Shown here piece after piece: positions 37,667 to 46,123 of a DNA stretch of 64,000 nucleotides. The position numbers were made by a program, and so were the translations under genes. Each line of letters starts with the position of its first letter. Position 1 is the stretch's first letter. The stretch comes from Methanothrix sp. (GTDB taxonomy: Archaea; Halobacteriota; Methanosarcinia; Methanotrichales; Methanotrichaceae): the NCBI GenBank assembly GCA_037128175.1, contig JBAXWY010000004.1, forward strand, positions 32,001 to 96,000, in the 5' to 3' direction. Below the pieces are notes generated by a model, which saw only the letters and a list, made by a program, of their open reading frames with translations, was not told where the DNA came from and ran no database searches.

Positions 37667-38797
37667 ATGAGACTCATCTGGATATTTCTGGGCATAATTG
37701 CCATCGCCGCCAGTACGCCAGACAGAACGCTCGAACAAGCGGACAATGCTACTTCAATAGTGTTCGTATTCGACAGGGATTTCGTGCCCTTCACCTATGA
37801 GGAGAACGGCTCGATCCATGGCTTCGAATTGGACCTGCTCCGGCTGCTGGGCGAAGAGGAAGGTTTTCAGATAATTCCAAAGCCAATGGTTTGGACACAG
37901 GCCATGCTCTCCTTCCAGAAAGGAGATGCTGATGTGATAGGAGGATTGGTCAAGACCCAGGAGAGGCAAAAGCTATACAACTTCACAGCCCACCCACATG
38001 GAACTTTTGACATATTGACCTTCGTTTTGGATGATAGTGAAATCAGATCGACTGCCATGCTTCAGGGCAGAAGAGTGACGGCGCAGAAGGGAAGCATTTC
38101 TTTGGACCTCCTCAAGAATCAGACCGGTTCCCTGGTGCAGGCTTACGATTCCGAGGGCGAGGGGCTTCAGGCTCTCCTCCAGGGAAAGGCAGATGCCTTC
38201 GTGGGCGGAGGTTCCACCACATGGTTTAGGATTAAGCAGCAGAACATCTCCGGCATCAGAGCTCTGGCCATGCCCTGGGAGATGCACTCACTCTACTTTG
38301 GGGTAAGAGATGCAAAGCTCTTGCAGTCCCTTAACCGTGGCATGGAGAAGCTGATTTCGGACGGAAGGTACGACCGGCTCTATCGCAGATGGTTTGTGCA
38401 AGAGCTTGGTGAGGCTGAGATTTTGGCCCTGGTGAATGCCTCCCGCCGGGCCGGTTTCAATGCTTATGCACCATACTCGCGCTACTCGGTGGGTTCGGCG
38501 GTGCTCGCCTCCTCGGGCAAGATCTACACCGGCTGCAATGTCGAGAATGCCCTTTATGGCCTGTCCACCAGCGCTCTGAAGGTGGCGGTCTTCAAGGCGG
38601 TATCAGAGGGCGATGGCAACATCCGGGCAGTGGCCAATTACCTACCGGACGGAAAGGCTGCTGCGCCTACAGGAGACGAACGTCAGATCCTATTCGAGCT
38701 AGGCAGAGGCATTCTGGTAGTCCTGGGGGAAGAAGGAAATTATACGACTAAAATGGTGTCTGAAATCTTCCCCTACCCCTTTGAGATGAGGGATTAA
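37667..38797 (+). CDS. Secreted amino-acid-type substrate-binding domain fused to a catalytically dead cytidine deaminase-like domain
   Basis: Signal peptide; DFVPFTY..GFELDL SBP family-3 pattern; AYAPYS...GCNVEN CDA motif, but CAE is replaced by SAL and PCGxCRQ by PTGDERQ. Confidence 0.8.
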   Translation: MRLIWIFLGIIAIAASTPDRTLEQADNATSIVFVFDRDFVPFTYEENGSIHGFELDLLRLLGEEEGFQIIPKPMVWTQAMLSFQKGDADVIGGLVKTQERQKLYNFTAHPHGTFDILTFVLDDSEIRSTAMLQGRRVTAQKGSISLDLLKNQTGSLVQAYDSEGEGLQALLQGKADAFVGGGSTTWFRIKQQNISGIRALAMPWEMHSLYFGVRDAKLLQSLNRGMEKLISDGRYDRLYRRWFVQELGEAEILALVNASRRAGFNAYAPYSRYSVGSAVLASSGKIYTGCNVENALYGLSTSALKVAVFKAVSEGDGNIRAVANYLPDGKAAAPTGDERQILFELGRGILVVLGEEGNYTTKMVSEIFPYPFEMRD

Positions 38798-38847
38798 ATG
38801 GGTTCACCTTGATAGTGCCGAAATCCTGCGATTTTTGTGCAGGCTCC

Positions 38848-38936
38848 GGGCCTGCCTGCCTGCCCGTGCGCGCCCACCCACGGGCGCGCACACATGCACG
38901 GGAGCGGGCGCGTGCCAGTGGCAGAGCCAGAATCCT
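38848..38936 (+). repeat. GC-rich intergenic repeat, copy R2 (5' half, degenerate)
   Basis: GCCCACCCACGGG...GCGGGCGCGTGCC...GTGGCAG...CAGAATCC. Confidence 0.7.
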
Positions 38937-39056
38937 GGGAAGGGCGACTACAGCAAAGAGCGCTCTCATGTGTGTGATCTTGGAATTGACGAGATATTTC
39001 AGGGAATAGAGAGAATGAAGAAGGAGAAAGCGAGAGGCCACCAAGATGACAGATGA
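38934..39056 (+). pseudogene. 3' remnant of an antitoxin gene homologous to 40729-40947
   Basis: GKGDYSKERSHVCDLGIDEIFQGIE vs GRGDYTKERSHVLGLTLDEIFMGIE. Confidence 0.75.
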
Positions 39057-39417
39057 TATTGCAGGAGATAAGACAGCAGCTCGCAGGCAATCCAAGACCC
39101 GTCAGTATTGCGGCTTTGTGGGCGAGACCAATTACAATGAGGCGTTTATTGAAGAGCTCTACCGTGATTGTGAGGAGAGTGGTTATGATTGCAGCCAGAT
39201 TCCTCTGCCGCGGGATGAGCGGATCGTCGTCGATCCCAAGATCGCCCACGGCAAGCCCATCATACGAGGAACGCGAGTGCCTGTGGCCGTCATCCTGGGT
39301 GCGCTGGCCGGGGGCATGCAGATCGATGAGACTGCCCGGGAGTATGGGATAAGTCAGGAGGACGTGAGGGAGGCGATCGGGTACGCGGCCTGGATCGTCT
39401 CTCAAGAAGATATTTAA
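39046..39417 (+). CDS. DUF433 (antitoxin-like) protein with an N-terminus derived from another antitoxin
   Basis: RIVVDPKIAHGKPIIRGTRVPV is the DUF433 motif. N-terminal KTRQYCGFVG...EESG matches the C-terminus of 41305-41526. Confidence 0.7.
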   Translation: MTDDIAGDKTAARRQSKTRQYCGFVGETNYNEAFIEELYRDCEESGYDCSQIPLPRDERIVVDPKIAHGKPIIRGTRVPVAVILGALAGGMQIDETAREYGISQEDVREAIGYAAWIVSQEDI

Positions 39418-39440
39418 TCCTGGCAAGCCGATGGTAGTTC

Positions 39441-39587
39441 ATGTATGAGCAAGCTACTCCAATGTCAAAGGGAGAACAAGAGAGATCAGCAAATGCTGTT
39501 GAAGGTTTGACTCCTGGCGAGAGACAGCGCCTTGAAGAAAGCATGCGGCGTAATGAAAAACTCATGAAGCGTTTAGCCGAAATGTGA
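39441..39587 (+). CDS. 48-aa putative Doc antitoxin peptide; missing from the ORF track
   Basis: MYEQATPMSKGEQERSANAVEGLTPGERQRLEESMRRNEKLMKRLAEM. The C-terminal helix resembles Phd-type ...L.RLA ends. Stop is 4 bp from the doc stop. Confidence 0.55.
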   Translation: MYEQATPMSKGEQERSANAVEGLTPGERQRLEESMRRNEKLMKRLAEM

Positions 39588-39591
39588 GCGC

Positions 39592-39951
39592 TCAGAGTCT
39601 ACCGGTGTTTTTCAAAAGCCAGATTTTGACTTCATCGACCTGACATTTGTAACTGGCGATTCTTAGCAGCATTCGGATTATTCTCTCTTCTTTTGCAGTG
39701 ATGGCGTACCCTTCGCTGCTCAGGATTAATTCTGCAATTTGAAAGGCAGATCTCTTGTTTCCATCCAGGAACGGGTGGCAATTAGCGACGAAATGCAGAG
39801 CGATTGCAGCTTTGCGGAAAAGATCTGACTCGGCATTGATCTGATCGACCAGGTAATCGATCGTCCCCTGGCAAAGAACTCCATCTATTCCGCCAAAATT
39901 GCGGATTATAAGCTTATGAATATCCAGGATTTTCTCGGAAGTGAGGATCAT
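39592..39951 (-). CDS. doc: Death-on-curing (Doc/Fic) family toxin
   Basis: HPFLDGNKRSA Doc-type motif; ILDIHKLII...GG; about 119 aa from MILTSE. Confidence 0.88.
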   Translation of the reverse strand: MILTSEKILDIHKLIIRNFGGIDGVLCQGTIDYLVDQINAESDLFRKAAIALHFVANCHPFLDGNKRSAFQIAELILSSEGYAITAKEERIIRMLLRIASYKCQVDEVKIWLLKNTGRL

Positions 39952-40006
39952 GATCGCCACCATTGCGTGAGTTGGCATCATTACTACTAACTTGCGGTGC
40001 CAGTCA

Positions 40007-40210
40007 GCCCTCGCCCACCCGCGGGAGCGCGCGCACGGGCATGGGGGCGGGCGCGTGCCTGAGGCAGCGTGGCAGTCGTTGCAGAAATCAGGAGGGATTG
40101 GGAGGACTGGGGCGTGGTCGGGCCCTCGCCTGGGGGAGATCACCGCCGGTACGGGACGGCCCGAGGGCCCCGGCCACGCTGCGAGGGCAAGGGCGCTGTG
40201 TCGTGGTGGC
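40007..40210 (+). repeat. GC-rich intergenic repeat, copy R3 (near full length)
   Basis: GCCCACCCGCGGGAGC...GCGTGGCAGTCGTTGCAGAAATCAGG...GGTCGGGCCCTCGCCTGGGGG...GGCCCGAGGGCC...GGGCAAGGGCGCTG.GTCGTGG. Confidence 0.88.
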
Positions 40211-40304
40211 TCCCGCAAAAGGGCATTTCGAAGAAAAGATTTAATGTCTATGAGGTCATTTTATCTAGCAGCGTTATTGGCCAAATATTAATAATCATGA
40301 TGAT

Positions 40305-40745
40305 ATGAAAGTCTATATGGACGCCTGCTGTTTATGCAGACCCTTTGATGATCGGACACAAGATCGAATTAGGATCGAAACCGAAGCAGTTTTGACCATC
40401 TTGGGCAGGTGTAATGAGGACTGGATTTTGGTCGGAAGTGAGGCAATTGATTTTGAATTATCCGCCGTGATGGATCAGAAGAAAAGAACAGATGCTTTTG
40501 TACTGGCATCCCTTGCCAAAGAAAAAATAAAGACCGACAAGAGAATCATCAAAAGTGCATCAGAGCTTGAAAAACTTGGCTTTAAAACTATGGACGCCGC
40601 ACACATTTCATGTGCAGAACGAGCAGCGGACATTATGTTTACAGTCGATGATGACGTGCAGAGAGTCGCGAGAATAAAACGAAACCAGATCTCTATCGAA
40701 ATAGAGAATCCTTTGAGGTGGTTGATAAATGTCTTCCAAGACTGA
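40305..40745 (+). CDS. PIN-domain toxin
   Basis: VYMDACCLCRPFDD, E, MDAAHISCA, TVDD. Confidence 0.85.
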   Translation: MKVYMDACCLCRPFDDRTQDRIRIETEAVLTILGRCNEDWILVGSEAIDFELSAVMDQKKRTDAFVLASLAKEKIKTDKRIIKSASELEKLGFKTMDAAHISCAERAADIMFTVDDDVQRVARIKRNQISIEIENPLRWLINVFQD

Positions 40746-40947
40746 TGTTAGAAGCACAGAGGAGATAAGAAGGATCGGGATAGAAGCACTGGCTGAAGCC
40801 CTCGGACCTTTGGATGCCGTTCGCTTCCTGCAAAGCTTCGACCTGGGGAGAGGCGACTATACCAAGGAGCGCTCTCATGTGCTCGGTTTGACATTGGATG
40901 AAATCTTCATGGGTATCGAAAAACGAAGAAATATTGGTTTAGATTAG
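40729..40947 (+). CDS. Small antitoxin downstream of the PIN toxin
   Basis: EIRRIGIEALAEALGPLDAVRFLQSFDLGRGDYTKER; overlaps the toxin gene. Confidence 0.75.
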   Translation: MSSKTDVRSTEEIRRIGIEALAEALGPLDAVRFLQSFDLGRGDYTKERSHVLGLTLDEIFMGIEKRRNIGLD

Positions 40948-41015
40948 CATAGATTACAGCGGTTCTGATCCGTGTTCTGGGCCAAAAATGCCAGGCACTC
41001 GTATCACTTATCATT

Positions 41016-41190
41016 CGGCCCCTGCCCACCCGCGGATGCGCGCCTGCCTGGAGCGGCGTGGCATTCGTCGGCAGAAATCAGGGGGAGCGGGTGAAGGGCG
41101 CGGTCGGGCCTTCGCCTGGGGGATCACCACCGTTACGGAGGCGGCCCGAGGGCCTGGGCCACAGGGGCAAGGGCGCTGAGTCGTGGGGAT
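41016..41190 (+). repeat. GC-rich intergenic repeat, copy R4
   Basis: GCCCACCCGCGG...GCCTGCCTGGAGCGGCGTGGCATTCGTCGGCAGAAATCAGGGGGAGCGGGTGAAGGGCGCGGTCGGGCCTTCGCCTGGGGG...GGGCAAGGGCGCTGAGTCGTGG. Confidence 0.88.
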
Positions 41191-41304
41191 GCTGGCCAAG
41201 GTTGTTTGGTGTCGGATAGTGAGCGCGGCCAGGATCGTTAGGGACAAGAATTTGTTATGATGACCAGAAATCATTAAAAGAAGGAGTGCAATAGTACTGA
41301 TAAC

Positions 41305-41526
41305 ATGACTGAAGCCGTAATGGTTGATGGAGGTCTCCTTATTCCAAATAGCCTTCTAACGAAGCTTGGCACAGAAAATCTCGAAGTCTTGACCAGAGGT
41401 CGCGAGATTGTGATCCGGCCAAAAACCAAGACCCGGCAGTATTATGGTTTCATGGGGATCACTAAATATGATGAAAAGCTCATCAAAGAGCTAGAGCATG
41501 ATTGGGAAGAGAGTGGCAAAGATTGA
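41305..41526 (+). CDS. AbrB/VapB-like antitoxin
   Basis: GLLIPNSLLTKLG...EIVIRP; overlaps the downstream PIN gene. Confidence 0.75.
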   Translation: MTEAVMVDGGLLIPNSLLTKLGTENLEVLTRGREIVIRPKTKTRQYYGFMGITKYDEKLIKELEHDWEESGKD

Positions 41527-42029
41527 ATCTAGCAGAGTATTCTTCTCAACATCCGATTTTCATCGACGCCAATATATTTCTTGATTACGCGCTTCCCAAC
41601 ATTGAATTTAGCTGCGCAGCCTCCGATTTCTTAGAGCGAGTCGAGCTGCAAGATATAGTTGCCATCACAACTCCTGTCGTCCTAAACGAAGTCTCTTATA
41701 TTCTGCTCCTCCAACAGGGAATGACGATTTTAGATACCGAAAATAGAGATACTGTGAGGAACAAGATTAAGGCAAATGGCCATTTTGCTCATCTGTGCTA
41801 TGATGCAGTCGATACGTTCAATGAATTTATCAGCGGTCTTGATGGCTTGAAATTGACCCCAGTCCAACCTGAGGATTATTTGCTTGCGTCCGATCTGGGA
41901 AGGGCTTACAATTTGCTGCCAATCGATGCACTCCATCTATCTGCAATGAGGCGGGCCCATATCGTGGATATCGCCAGCAGAGATCGGGATTTTGAGCGAG
42001 TCGATGGAATCGTGATCTGGAGTCCGTGA
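41523..42029 (+). CDS. vapC: VapC PIN-domain toxin
   Basis: IFIDANIF, VLNEV, LLPIDALH, SRDRDF. Confidence 0.88.
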   Translation: MNLAEYSSQHPIFIDANIFLDYALPNIEFSCAASDFLERVELQDIVAITTPVVLNEVSYILLLQQGMTILDTENRDTVRNKIKANGHFAHLCYDAVDTFNEFISGLDGLKLTPVQPEDYLLASDLGRAYNLLPIDALHLSAMRRAHIVDIASRDRDFERVDGIVIWSP

Positions 42030-42072
42030 TTAGCATATCTCCGGGTCCCGGTCCCGGTTGAAGATGCCCCGT

Positions 42073-42188
42073 CGGCCCCCCCGCCCACCCACGGGAGCGC
42101 GCTGGCGTGCGGGCGCATGCCTGGGGGCGGCGTGGCAGTTGTCGGCAGAAATCCGGGTGAGCGGGGGAAGGGCGCGGTCGGGCCTTCC
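42073..42188 (+). repeat. GC-rich intergenic repeat, copy R5 (3'-truncated)
   Basis: GCCCACCCACGGGAGC...GCGGCGTGGCAGTTGTCGGCAGAAATCCGGG...GAAGGGCGCGGTCGGGCCTTCC, then an abrupt switch to AT-rich DNA. Confidence 0.88.
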
Positions 42189-42202
42189 TTAAATAGAAAT
42201 TA

Positions 42203-44782
42203 TTAATTTTCTGAAATTATTATATTCCTAATATCTATTCTACCCAAGTTTAATTGTACATACTTGATTAGCTGCTTCTTATGAGTTCTTAACCATGCGG
42301 GATTGTTTCCCCGATGCAACTCAATTTCCAAGGTTACATCTAGACGGTTTGCAGTTTTCTCATTTATTTCTGAAACCGCTTGGCTGTGATAGAAGAAGTT
42401 GATAATTCTTTTCAGCACGCATATATTTATCTCAGAGCTTGGCTTTTCGAAAAATCTTAGTTCTTTTTTGGGTTCATCTAATGGAGATTCCATTTTCTTG
42501 AAATCGATTTCATCCCTGTTTTTTTTATGATTACATTCACTGCATAATGTCTGTAAATTCTCCATCCTTGTTTCGCCATCCATAGAATCTGGCTTTATAT
42601 GGTCCATCTCCAACTTTGCCAAATGCCCATTCTTCCCGCAACAGAGACATGTATTTTCGTCCCTCTTTAGGATTTGTTTTTTCAATTCCAGTTTCTCTTC
42701 AAGTGTCAACTTATTTTTCGGTTTGCTCAATCCGATTTTGATTTCCGGCCATTTTCCGGTACGCTTATGGTAATTGTATGTATTTAGTGCAGCATCAAAT
42801 GCCGTCTTAAATTTAAATAGATCTTCATTATATACATCAACCCATAAATTGCCTTCTTTGTTAAATTCGAGTTCTAGCTCTTCCCATTGCTCATTGTCAT
42901 TTTTCCGTTCTAATTTCTTAACCAAGACATCTAGATCGTATTTTTCTCGATCCTCCATCGGGTAGAATTCAGGAGCTTCGCCATTTTGTGCAATATGTCT
43001 TGCAATTTTCATTAGGCTATTTTCTAGTGCCTCACTAATATTATCTTCACCCAAATCAAAATACTTCGTCATCCAATTATGAATCTTTGGGGCTAACGTC
43101 CTTTCGTCCAATTTTTCATTTGCCCACTCATGCGGTATGTTCCTGGATTCATTCTTTATAAATTTAATAAACTTTTCTTTCGTCTTATTGTAGACCATCA
43201 CATATTCAACGAATGATGGCAACTCTTCATCGCCACTATTATTACCATTTGAGCTAACGACGATCTCTGTCCTATACCATCCTACTGGTATGTACTCTAA
43301 AAACGGGCCGTCATTAAAATTGATGCCACTTTCAATCTGCCTGCTCAACAGTTCAATCAAACGTATTGGTATTAGTTCACGAGGTCGATATCCTCTAACG
43401 ACCGGAGGTTGTTCCTCTTCGCCTTCTGGATGGGCCCAAACATCAATCAATCCCTTCCAGTTGTCCATGAACAGAATAATATTGGCATGGGTCTTATTTG
43501 GACCGCCCCCTGCCTTTTTGCCCCGTAATGCTCTCCCAATCATCTGCGTCATTAAAATAGGACTAGTCGTTTGTCTCGTGAGCATTACCGTCTTGACATC
43601 AGGGACATCGACACCTTCTGTAAGCATGCGAACATTCGCCAGCACATCATATTTTCCATCCCTAAATTCTTTTATAATCAATTCGGCATCTGGCGTTTTG
43701 TGGGAATCTTTATCGACTTTAGAATAAATGGCTTCGGATTTTATATTAGTATTGCTCAAGCCATTCTTGGTCCGAATTGATCTGACGAGATTCTTATCAT
43801 TTAATTTGCTCTTAAAATATTCACATTGAAACCATCTATCTGCAAAAATTATCGTCTTCCCATATTCTTCACTATTCTTTATATAGTCTGCTATTATAAA
43901 ATCATTTCGTTCATGATCATCAGCTAATTTTTCAATTATATCTTCACGCAAATCTTTATGTTCTCGGACAAGTCGATCTCTGAGGTCGTCATCAACTTCA
44001 AAATCTCTACCAGTCGGCTTAGGAAGATACCTGGGGTTTGCAAGAATATTTTGTGCAATCAAATCCGCCTTTTTGGCTTCATATATAATCTTTTGATTAA
44101 AAATTTTAAAAAGCCAGCCGCTGATTTTCTTTTCAGTATGAGTAGGTGTTGCAGTTAGCCCCAGAACACAAGGCGTTTTAATAATCTCTTTGATGCCCAT
44201 TAGAAGTGTTCGACAACCATAAGCGGGCGCATGATGGGCTTCATCAAGTACAACAAAAAGTCCAGTGTCAACACAACTTTTTATGTATTTTTTAAATTGG
44301 GTTTCTGTTTTCTTTCCTTTTCCATCTTCTGGCTTTGCGTTAAAATAATTGATTGCCGTTTGGGTTGTGACAATTAGAACATCATCTGTCTCCTTGATGG
44401 ATGACGCTTTAGATTGGGATGGATTGCTTGATACAACTCTTATATTCAATGTATTCCTTGTACGAGGTATCTCAATGGCATTGTCTAAAAAAGACTTGCT
44501 TGCCTGATCCAACAAATACGAAGACTGGGCCAACCAAAGAACTTTTATTTTTTTTGGAATAACGTTCCTGCATATCCAATTGATTGCCGTAAAAGTTTTC
44601 CCGGCCCCGGTAGGGAGCACTAACAGCCCGCCAGTGTATTCGTTCGAAGGGAGCAAAAAAGTACTGCTCAATTTTTTAAACGCTTTCTTTTGATGTGGAA
44701 ATGGCTCTTTTGGCAAGTATTCTGAGTTGTCTTTTCTTAATTTTTTAAGATCGATTGATTCATATTGGAGCTTGTTTTCCAT
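42203..44782 (-). CDS. SF2 (ResIII/DEAH) helicase fused to a C-terminal HNH endonuclease; defence candidate
   Basis: PTGAGKT, LDEAHH, LTATP, LTEGVDVP, QMIGRALR; CLCCG...EMDHIKP...NLQTLCSECNHKK; AT-rich. Confidence 0.88.
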   Translation of the reverse strand: MENKLQYESIDLKKLRKDNSEYLPKEPFPHQKKAFKKLSSTFLLPSNEYTGGLLVLPTGAGKTFTAINWICRNVIPKKIKVLWLAQSSYLLDQASKSFLDNAIEIPRTRNTLNIRVVSSNPSQSKASSIKETDDVLIVTTQTAINYFNAKPEDGKGKKTETQFKKYIKSCVDTGLFVVLDEAHHAPAYGCRTLLMGIKEIIKTPCVLGLTATPTHTEKKISGWLFKIFNQKIIYEAKKADLIAQNILANPRYLPKPTGRDFEVDDDLRDRLVREHKDLREDIIEKLADDHERNDFIIADYIKNSEEYGKTIIFADRWFQCEYFKSKLNDKNLVRSIRTKNGLSNTNIKSEAIYSKVDKDSHKTPDAELIIKEFRDGKYDVLANVRMLTEGVDVPDVKTVMLTRQTTSPILMTQMIGRALRGKKAGGGPNKTHANIILFMDNWKGLIDVWAHPEGEEEQPPVVRGYRPRELIPIRLIELLSRQIESGINFNDGPFLEYIPVGWYRTEIVVSSNGNNSGDEELPSFVEYVMVYNKTKEKFIKFIKNESRNIPHEWANEKLDERTLAPKIHNWMTKYFDLGEDNISEALENSLMKIARHIAQNGEAPEFYPMEDREKYDLDVLVKKLERKNDNEQWEELELEFNKEGNLWVDVYNEDLFKFKTAFDAALNTYNYHKRTGKWPEIKIGLSKPKNKLTLEEKLELKKQILKRDENTCLCCGKNGHLAKLEMDHIKPDSMDGETRMENLQTLCSECNHKKNRDEIDFKKMESPLDEPKKELRFFEKPSSEINICVLKRIINFFYHSQAVSEINEKTANRLDVTLEIELHRGNNPAWLRTHKKQLIKYVQLNLGRIDIRNIIISEN

Positions 44783-44924
44783 CCCAGTCACTACTAGTGC
44801 AAATCCTCCCCAGCCATATAATCTTATCGGAAAATTACAGATGCGACACATCTAATACAAAAGACAATGATGTCATCGCTTTCACAAACCCCAGGAACGG
44901 CAGAGATTGCCTCGTCTCCCCGTG

Positions 44925-45080
44925 GGCCTTCGTCCACCCGCGGGAGCACACGCACAGGCACGGGGGCGGGCGCGTGCCTTGGTCGGTGGCAATCGTCGGC
45001 AGAAATCAGGGGGGTTGGGAGGAGGAAGACGCGGTCGGCCCTCTCACCCGGAGAGAGCGCCGCCGATCCGGGACAGCTCA
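44925..45080 (+). repeat. GC-rich intergenic repeat, copy R6
   Basis: GTCCACCCGCGGGAGCA...GGGGGCGGGCGCGTGCC...GTGGCAATCGTCGGCAGAAATCAGGGGG...GCGGTCGGCCCTC. Confidence 0.85.
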
Positions 45081-45164
45081 CCGCCGCGCCGACCTGCATG
45101 GATCTCTAAATTGAGAAATCTATTTTTAGAGGCAGGGGCGTATTAGTAATGTTTGGTGAGATAG

Positions 45165-45377
45165 ATGGAGGTTCTTGTTAAGAAAGGCGGGATAATTGAG
45201 CTTCCGAGTTCAATATTATCTGAGATCGACCTTTGTGAAGGCAAACGAGTAGCTCTGAGCGTGAAAGGTGGAGAATTGCTCGTCAAGCCGATAAAAAGTC
45301 TTACTGATCAACTTATTGGCTCAATCCGATTCGATGATCAAAAACTTATAGAAGAGATAATCGAATCAGAGGATTAG
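45165..45377 (+). CDS. AbrB/MazE-family antitoxin
   Basis: GIIELPSSILSEIDLCEG...ELLVKP. Confidence 0.8.
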   Translation: MEVLVKKGGIIELPSSILSEIDLCEGKRVALSVKGGELLVKPIKSLTDQLIGSIRFDDQKLIEEIIESED

Positions 45378-45379
45378 CT

Positions 45380-45886
45380 GTGATTAGCTCTCTGGATTTG
45401 CTTGCGCCCCAATCCAAGATATTTATAGATACAAACATATTTTTGTATGGCGCCATGGACTATTCAAAATACCGAGCTACATGTCGTACGTTCCTGCAAA
45501 ATATTGAATCCGGCACTTATTTTGCAGCCACTTCTGTCCAGGTTTTAAATGAGATCGTCCACAAGCTCATTCTCGCCGAGACCACAAAGACATATCGTTT
45601 GCGAAGCTAGAGCGAAGCCAAGAAGCTAATAGAAGACAAGCCGGAAACGATCTCAAGCCTTACGAGGGTCTGGAAGACCTACGCTGTAATTAGAGCATAT
45701 CCTTTGGTCATCTACAGCATCGATAAGGCCACAATGGATATGGCCGCAGATCTCTCAAGCAGGTATGGGCTCTTCATATCCGATGCATCTCACCTGGCAG
45801 TCATGAAAATGAACGGCATTTCCAATATCGTTACTAATGACAACGATTTTCAGCTAGCAGAAGACATCAGCATTTACAAACCATAA
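45380..45886 (+). pseudogene. vapC: VapC PIN toxin interrupted by one in-frame TAG (45608-45610)
   Basis: IFIDTNIF and VLNEI lie before the stop. The same frame continues to ISDASHL and TNDNDF, ending at 45886. Confidence 0.82.
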
Positions 45887-45924
45887 CGGCATCTGCCCGT
45901 CTTCGTTCCCCGATTGCGGCGACG

Positions 45925-46026
45925 CTCGCGCCCGCGAGCGTGCGCTGGCGCCTGCCTGGGGCAGCGTGGCAGTCGGCGGCAGAAATCAGGGGGAGCGGGG
46001 GAAGGGCGCGGTCGGGCCCTCGCCCT
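45925..46026 (+). repeat. GC-rich intergenic repeat, copy R7 (3'-truncated)
   Basis: GCGCCTGCCTGGGGCAGCGTGGCAGTCGGCGGCAGAAATCAGGGGGAGCGGGGGAAGGGCGCGGTCGGGCCCTCGCCC, then AT-rich DNA. Confidence 0.88.
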
Positions 46027-46123
46027 AATAATGAATTGTGGTCGCGTTCGGATTATGTGATGCCATTTATTTCATCAGTCGATAATTTATAGAACTAATA
46101 ACAACTCTATATGGGTTGTGTTG

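Noticed and set aside
39963-45146. Short ORFs overlapping the GC-rich repeats (e.g. 39963-40244, 39992-40291, 40988-41179, 44824-45099, and the long N-terminal extension of doc)
   Set aside because: Arg/Gly/Pro-rich, with frames not conserved between repeat copies; artefacts of high GC.
45608-45610. Pyrrolysine recoding
   Set aside because: No pyl genes are visible, TAG is a normal stop elsewhere in the window (e.g. rbcL), and toxin inactivation is the simpler explanation.
37460-46026. Canonical integron attC sites, or CRISPR
   Set aside because: No RYYYAAC...GTTRRRY bounding cores recognised, no intI in the window, and the intervals are whole genes in both orientations.
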